Assembly: GCA_950097015.1 (NCBI GenBank)
Contig: CATNEN010000031.1
Location: 2,604,001-2,668,000, forward strand
Length of the DNA: 64,000 bases
DNA from: Macrostomum hystrix
Lineage: Eukaryota > Animalia > Platyhelminthes
Direction of reading: 5' to 3'
The notes beneath the pieces are model-generated. The model was not told where the DNA came from. It was given only the letters and a program-made list of their open reading frames with translations, and did no database searches. Both the position numbers and the translations under genes were made by a program. Of this stretch, positions 58,780 through 64,000 are shown piece after piece. Position 1 is the first letter of the stretch, and each line of letters starts with the position of its first letter.

Positions 58780-59953
58780 TGTGGACTAGTTGGCTGTAGA
58801 CTGGTTGACTGGGGACTGGTTGACTGTGAACAGGTTAGGTGTGGACTGGTTGATTGTGGACTGGTTAGGTGTGGACTGGTTAGGTGTGGACTGGTTAGGT
58901 GTGGACTGGTTGATTGTGGACTGGTTAGGTGTGGACTGGTTGATTGTGGACTGGTTAGGTGTGGACTGGTTAGGTGTGGACTGGTTGATTGTGGACTGGT
59001 TAGGTGTGACTGGTTAGGTGTGACTGGTTAGGTGTGACTGGTTAGTTGTTGACTGTTTGACTGTGGACTGGTTGGTTGTGGACTGGTTGACTGTGGACTG
59101 GTTGGTTGTGGACTGGTTGGCTGTGGACTGGTTGTCTGTGGACTGGTTGGTTGTTGACTTTTTGACTGTGGACTGGTTGGCTGTGGACTGGTTGGCTGTG
59201 GACTGGTTGACTGTGGACTGGTTGGTTGTGGACTGGTTGGCTGTGGACTGGTTGTCTGTGGACTGGTTGGTTGTTGACTTTTTGACTGTGGACTGGTTGG
59301 TTGTGGACTGGTTGGCTGTGGACTGGTTGGTTGTTGACTGTTTGACTGTTGACTGGTTGGTTTGGGACTGGTTGGCTGTGGACTGGTTGGCTGTGGACTG
59401 GTTGGTTTTGGACTGGTTGGCTGTGGACTGGTTGGCTGTGGACTGGTTGGCTGTGGACTGGTTAGGTGTGGACTGGTTGGTTGTGGACTGGTTGGCTGTG
59501 GACTGGTTGGTTGTTGACTGTTTGACTGTGGACTGGTTGGTTTGGGACTGGTTGGTTGTGGACTGGTTGGCTGTGGACTGGTTGGTTTTGGACTGGTTGG
59601 TTGTGGACTGGTTGGTTGTGGACTGGTTGGCTGTGCACTGGTTGGTTTGGGACTGGTTGGTTGTGGACTGGTTGGTTGTGGACTGGTTGGCTGTGGACTG
59701 GTTGGTTGTTGACTGTTTGACTGTTGACTGGTTGGTTTGGGACTGGTTGGCTGTGGACTGGTTGGCTGTGGACTGGTTGGTTTTGGACTGGTTGGCTGTG
59801 GACTGGTTGGCTGTGGACTGGTTGGTTTGGGACTGGTTGGTTGTGGACTGGTTGGCTGTGGACTGGTTGGTTTGGGACTGGTTGGCTGTGGACTGGTTGG
59901 CTGTGCACTGGTTGGTTGTTGACTCTTTGACTGTGGACTGGTTGGTTTTGGAC
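58780..59953. repeat. 12/15-bp minisatellite (GTGGACTGGTTG / GTGGACTGGTTAGGT)n
   Basis: Direct reading; explains the VDWL repeat ORFs. Confidence 0.95.
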
Positions 59954-60164
59954 TGTGTAGAGTCTATGATTTGTGGTCGAAAATATGCTCAACTGAGCGC
60001 TGCCCCGCGGGCGACAATATATATTTAATGGATCGATAATTGGGGTGGGGGTACGACAGGTGAGAGTTGAAAGTGCTGAGTGCGCGCACAAGACGTAAGA
60101 GGTATTGATTGGCTGGAGCAAGCTGACGCAATGCGGGGCGAAGTACAAGTACGCAAGTCTTACA
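59954..60164 (-). repeat. Probable 3' LTR (~210 bp) of the second Gypsy element
   Basis: Minus strand: PPT-like GGGAAGGA then TGTAAG... ending ...CTACACA at the satellite edge. Contains AGCCAATC and ATTAAA. The partner LTR is outside the window, so the boundaries are unverified. Confidence 0.55.
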
Positions 60165-60388
60165 TCCTTCCCAAAATGAAATTAAAATAGGAGATTAACA
60201 CGAGCAGGGTGGCCACAAAGACGAAACTTGAATAAGGTAAAACAGGCGCTCCCACCCCTTAACAAGGAATAAAAGTGAGTATTAAATTGTTGGCATGGCA
60301 AATGAATGACAAGTATTGTTCACGATGATGCGAAAGTAGTGATTAGAACGGCATATTGAGTACCGTTCTTTTGAGTACCGCAAAAGAG

Positions 60389-63300
60389 TCACAGTCGACT
60401 GATTTTACACGCGCGCGGCAGTGGGCACCTCGAGACGTTCGGCGGCGATGCACGGCCTCCCGCTGTCCGTGGCTGCGCCAGGGGTGGCGCCGGTAGCAGC
60501 GCTGTAGGCGCCTCTGGTGGCGCTGCTGGCGCCGCTGCCGCTGGTGGCTCCATTGGTGGCGCTGACCCGCCTGGTGGCGGTGGCGTCGGTGGCTGGTCGA
60601 TTGTGGGCAGGTGTTTGAGGTCCGTGATGTGACGCATGCAGGTCTGGCGCCCTCTGCTCAGCACCAGGGAGTCGCCCTTTACATCGTCGATGGTCCAGGG
60701 CTCCGGCTCGAACGGTGTCTTTGTCTTGGCCGCTGGTCTCCGCCTGCGTAGCACCGAGTCGCCAGATCTAATGTCGTGGCTTGCGGCCCTTCGGCGGTCG
60801 TCGGCGTACCGGGCCATCCGCTGCTTGGCCTCGTTGTCGCGGGCCCTGATGGACGCCAGGTTGCGCGGCTGCTGGCGTCGCTGTTGCACGCTGGGGATGA
60901 CGTCCTGGACCTGCCGCTGGAACATGAGCTCGGCTGGCGTCGACCCCGTGCTCGAATGCGGGGTGTTGCGGTAGGCTTCTAGCCAGTCCTCCAGAGCCTC
61001 CCGCCAGTCTGTTGACTCGATGTTGGCGATCCTGACGGTCTTGTTGATTGATCGGTTGACGCGTTCCGTGACGCCGTTCGCCGCCGGGTGGTACGGTGTG
61101 ACGAGACGCTGCTGGATGCCGTTGCTGCCGAGGTAGTCGCGGAACGCTTGCGAACTGAACGGCGGCCCGTTGTCGGACACGAGCTGGGTCGGCCTGCCGA
61201 ACGTGGCGAAAAGTTTTCGCAGCTGCTTGGTGACGGCCTCAGCAGTCATGGACGACATGCTGATGACGATTGGATACCGGGAGAAGTGGTCCACAATGAC
61301 CAGCAGGTGCCGGTTTTGCACCGGTCCGGTGAAGTCGATGCCCAGAGTGTGCCAGGCATACGGCGGCAGCGGCGTGGCCTGCAGCGGAGCCGCCGGGACT
61401 GCCGCTCGATGGCTCGCTGCTTGGCACGGCAGACAGGTGTCGCACATGCGCCGCGCTTCTCCAACGATGCCTGGCCACCAGACCTTCGCGGACAGTCTGG
61501 CCTGTGTCTTCTTGTCTCCCTGGTGTCCTTGGTGCGCTAGGCGCAGCACTGCCTGTCGTAGAGCCTCGGGGACGACAATCCGGTGTCCTCGTAGCAAGAC
61601 CCCGTCGGTTACGGACAGCTCCTGCTTCAGCGCATGCAGGGACCGCAGCGTTGCGTCTCGAAGGTCCCAGTCGCCATCGCGGAGGGCCGCGATGGCTGCC
61701 CGCAGCGCTTCGTCTCTTGACGTCGCCTCCTTGATCTGCTGCAGCGAGAGTCCCTTCGGGGTGGCGGCTTCGGCGATGCTGTTAATGAAGTTAGTGTCCC
61801 TGGACTCACCGACTGCAGCGACTGCTGAGGGCCCGCTTGGTTGCCGGCTCAGGACATCGCTGGGGTTGGACGGGCCTGGCCTGTATGTTGTCTCGAACAC
61901 CAGGTCCTGGATGCTCAGTGCCATTCTTTCGATCCTCGGAGGCGGCCGGGAATTTGGCTTGAAGAGGTGCACCAGCGGCTTGTGATCGGTGACGACTCGG
62001 AAGCCGGGTGAGCCGCTGAGGTAGTGGCGGAAGCGGAGGCAGCCGAATTTAACCGCGAGGGCCTCCCGCTCAGTCTGCGAGTAGCGCGCCTCTACGGCCG
62101 TCAGGGCGCGGCTGGCGTAGGCGATTGGTCTCAGGCTGCCGTCTGGTTGTTGCTGGCTAAGGATTGCCCCGAGGCCGGTCGGGCTGGCGTCCACGATCAC
62201 TTCTGTCGGCTTCTGCTTGTCGAAGAACGCTAAAGTGCTGCTGGCAGCGATGGAGCTCTTGACGGCGTTGAAGGCAGCGTCTTCCGCCGCTCCCCAGGTC
62301 CAGGCGGCCTCCCTTCTGGTCAGGTTTCTGAGAGGCTTGGCAATGTCTGCGAGTGCTGGGATAAAGCGGCTGACAAAGGCAACGAGGCCTAGGAATGATC
62401 TCACCTCGGACGCGTTCTTCGGTGCCCTAAACGACTGGACCGCGCTCACCTTGTCCTCAGTTGGCTGGATGCCCTTCTCAGAGAGGCGCATGGCGAGAAA
62501 AGTCGCCTCCCTGACCGCGAATCTGCACTTCGCCGGGTTGAGGGTGACGTTGTAGGACTCCAGCCGCTGCAGAGTTGCCGCCAGTTGCTGGTTGTGGTCC
62601 TTGATGTTTCTGGCGTAGATGATGATGTCATCGTGCACCCAGCGGACGCCGGACAGGCCGCCGAGCACGGTGGTCATGACCCTCTGCAGGATCTCCGACG
62701 CTGACGTGAAGCCCATGCACAGGCGCGTCAGTCGCATGAGGCCCTTTGGCGTGGAGAACGTCAGCAAGTGGCGCGATTCCTCCCGGACACGGATCTGATG
62801 GAAGGCCTTGTTGATGTCGAGCTCCGAGAAGTAGCGAGCGCCTGCCATTTCGTCTGTGACCTCCTCGAATGTCGGGATGGGCTGCTTCTCGGGCACCACG
62901 AACTTGTTGACATCTCGCAGGTCCTGGGTGATGCGCACTTGGCCCGGCTGCGACTTCGGGACTACCACCATGCGGGCCACCCAGTCGGACGGTCCCTTCA
63001 CTCGCTCGATGATGCCGGCCGCAAGCTGTTCGTCCAGCTCGCGCTGCGCTGCCTCCCGCAGGTGCACCGGGACTCGGCTGGGTGGGTGGCAGACAGGCAC
63101 GGCTTCTTCGCGTAGGTGGATGCTGACCTCGACGTCCTTGACACAGCCGATGCCCTCGAAACGTTGGCGGTGTGCCCGGAGGATGTTGGCTAGGCGCTCC
63201 TGTTCTGGTAGCGTCCGGTCGTTCGCCTCGGCTGCTGCTGCCTCCAGGGCTGTGTTGAGAGACTTCGGCAGCTTGTTGGCTTCCGTCAGCTGGCAGACCG

Positions 63301-64000
63301 TCGGTTGGCTTGGCCCGATGCGCAGAATGCCGAGTCCCTCGCTGGTCTGGCGGCCGATGATCGTGGTGCCGCTTTCCTTCACGATGATGTAGCTGATGCG
63401 GGCGCTGGCGTCGTAGACGGTCGTTTGCAAGGTGGCCTTGCCCAATGTCGTCAGCGGCTTGCTGGAGCCGAACGGGAATACTTTTTTTTGGGACTCAACA
63501 AGCTGGGCCGCGCTGCCCTCGACGGCCTTGAAGGTCCTGACGTCCATGAGGTTGCAGGTCGCGCCGCTGTCAATAAGCAGGTCTGTGGCACGACCGTTGA
63601 TGTCGGCTTTCACGAGCGGCAGCCTCTTTCTCAGAGGGGAGAGGCTGAAGACCTCGCAGCTACTGTCACTGTCATCGGGTCCCTGCTGTTCGGGCTGCTG
63701 CTCCTCGGTGATGGTGTGCACCCTCCTCGAGCCGGACGGTTTGGACAGACAGGCCTTCGCTAGGTGCCCAACTTTGTTGCAGCTCCGGCAAGTCTTTCCG
63801 CGGGCCGCCTCGCAAGTTCTGTGGCCCGGCTCGCCACAGCGGATGCATTTGCTGTTTCTGGGCTGCTCCAATCTCGCTGGCCTCTCGATTCGCCGAACCG
63901 CATTCACAGAGTCGGACTTGCGGGCTTCGATAGCCGCTGACTGGAGGTCCGCCGATTCGAAGGCTCTGGCCTGCTGCAGGGCGTCCTGGAGGCCGATGTT
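60389..64000 (-). CDS. pol: Second Ty3/Gypsy (Mag-like) gag-pol polyprotein, 5'-truncated by the window edge
   Basis: Double Cys-His gag end (CIRCGEPGH..C..GKTCRSCNKVGHLAKAC) in frame with protease LIDSGA, RT VHDD, RNase H VDAS..E..TDH, and integrase HQGH..CLPC / IDFTGP / SDNG / GVTERVN. Confidence 0.93.
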   Translation of the reverse strand, partial: NIGLQDALQQARAFESADLQSAAIEARKSDSVNAVRRIERPARLEQPRNSKCIRCGEPGHRTCEAARGKTCRSCNKVGHLAKACLSKPSGSRRVHTITEEQQPEQQGPDDSDSSCEVFSLSPLRKRLPLVKADINGRATDLLIDSGATCNLMDVRTFKAVEGSAAQLVESQKKVFPFGSSKPLTTLGKATLQTTVYDASARISYIIVKESGTTIIGRQTSEGLGILRIGPSQPTVCQLTEANKLPKSLNTALEAAAAEANDRTLPEQERLANILRAHRQRFEGIGCVKDVEVSIHLREEAVPVCHPPSRVPVHLREAAQRELDEQLAAGIIERVKGPSDWVARMVVVPKSQPGQVRITQDLRDVNKFVVPEKQPIPTFEEVTDEMAGARYFSELDINKAFHQIRVREESRHLLTFSTPKGLMRLTRLCMGFTSASEILQRVMTTVLGGLSGVRWVHDDIIIYARNIKDHNQQLAATLQRLESYNVTLNPAKCRFAVREATFLAMRLSEKGIQPTEDKVSAVQSFRAPKNASEVRSFLGLVAFVSRFIPALADIAKPLRNLTRREAAWTWGAAEDAAFNAVKSSIAASSTLAFFDKQKPTEVIVDASPTGLGAILSQQQPDGSLRPIAYASRALTAVEARYSQTEREALAVKFGCLRFRHYLSGSPGFRVVTDHKPLVHLFKPNSRPPPRIERMALSIQDLVFETTYRPGPSNPSDVLSRQPSGPSAVAAVGESRDTNFINSIAEAATPKGLSLQQIKEATSRDEALRAAIAALRDGDWDLRDATLRSLHALKQELSVTDGVLLRGHRIVVPEALRQAVLRLAHQGHQGDKKTQARLSAKVWWPGIVGEARRMCDTCLPCQAASHRAAVPAAPLQATPLPPYAWHTLGIDFTGPVQNRHLLVIVDHFSRYPIVISMSSMTAEAVTKQLRKLFATFGRPTQLVSDNGPPFSSQAFRDYLGSNGIQQRLVTPYHPAANGVTERVNRSINKTVRIANIESTDWREALEDWLEAYRNTPHSSTGSTPAELMFQRQVQDVIPSVQQRRQQPRNLASIRARDNEAKQRMARYADDRRRAASHDIRSGDSVLRRRRPAAKTKTPFEPEPWTIDDVKGDSLVLSRGRQTCMRHITDLKHLPTIDQPPTPPPPGGSAPPMEPPAAAAPAAPPEAPTALLPAPPLAQPRTAGGRASPPNVSRCPLPRACKISRL

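Noticed and set aside
741-60148. Long repetitive ORFs (e.g. 19949..21082, 24261..26261, 43807..45075, 55659..56921, 59057..60028, 51400..51936)
   Set aside because: They are translations of stop-free minisatellites, open in several frames, and mostly inside introns of the spliced genes.
60636-63763. Plus-strand ORFs over the second Gypsy pol (also over MGMT, FATP-like and TIR exons)
   Set aside because: Antisense or alternate-frame shadows of GC-rich coding sequence with no independent motifs.

Overview
AT-rich invertebrate animal genomic DNA. It has compact GC-rich exons, GT-AG introns and a different minisatellite in nearly every intron; a Macrostomum-like flatworm is my guess only. From left to right: (1) a broken CLCA-like gene (frameshift, in-frame stop, protease domain missing); (2) MGMT; (3) an internally deleted Merlin DNA transposon; (4) a very young, complete 8.8-kb Ty3/Gypsy element with apparently identical 737-bp LTRs, GTTG TSD, a gag/-1/pol frameshift and an extra non-env ORF3 behind its own CCAAT/TATA promoter; (5) ZFAND2B/AIRAPL; (6) a five-exon ARM-like/TIR/SAM gene, i.e. 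SARM1-like domains in permuted order; (7) an intact FATP/SLC27-like gene whose adenylation motifs are degenerate; (8) DNAJC5 (cysteine string protein) with a satellite-filled 9.8-kb intron; (9) the S1-S6 and C-terminal exons of a Kv3/Shaw channel; (10) the 3' part of a second, GC-rich Mag-type Gypsy element. A ~265-bp block-conserved, structured, ribozyme-reminiscent element occurs twice, each time in an intron. The best leads are Gypsy ORF3 with its promoter, the structured element, the ARM-TIR-SAM protein and the FATP pseudoenzyme. All alignments and motif matches were made by eye and from memory; no searches were run.
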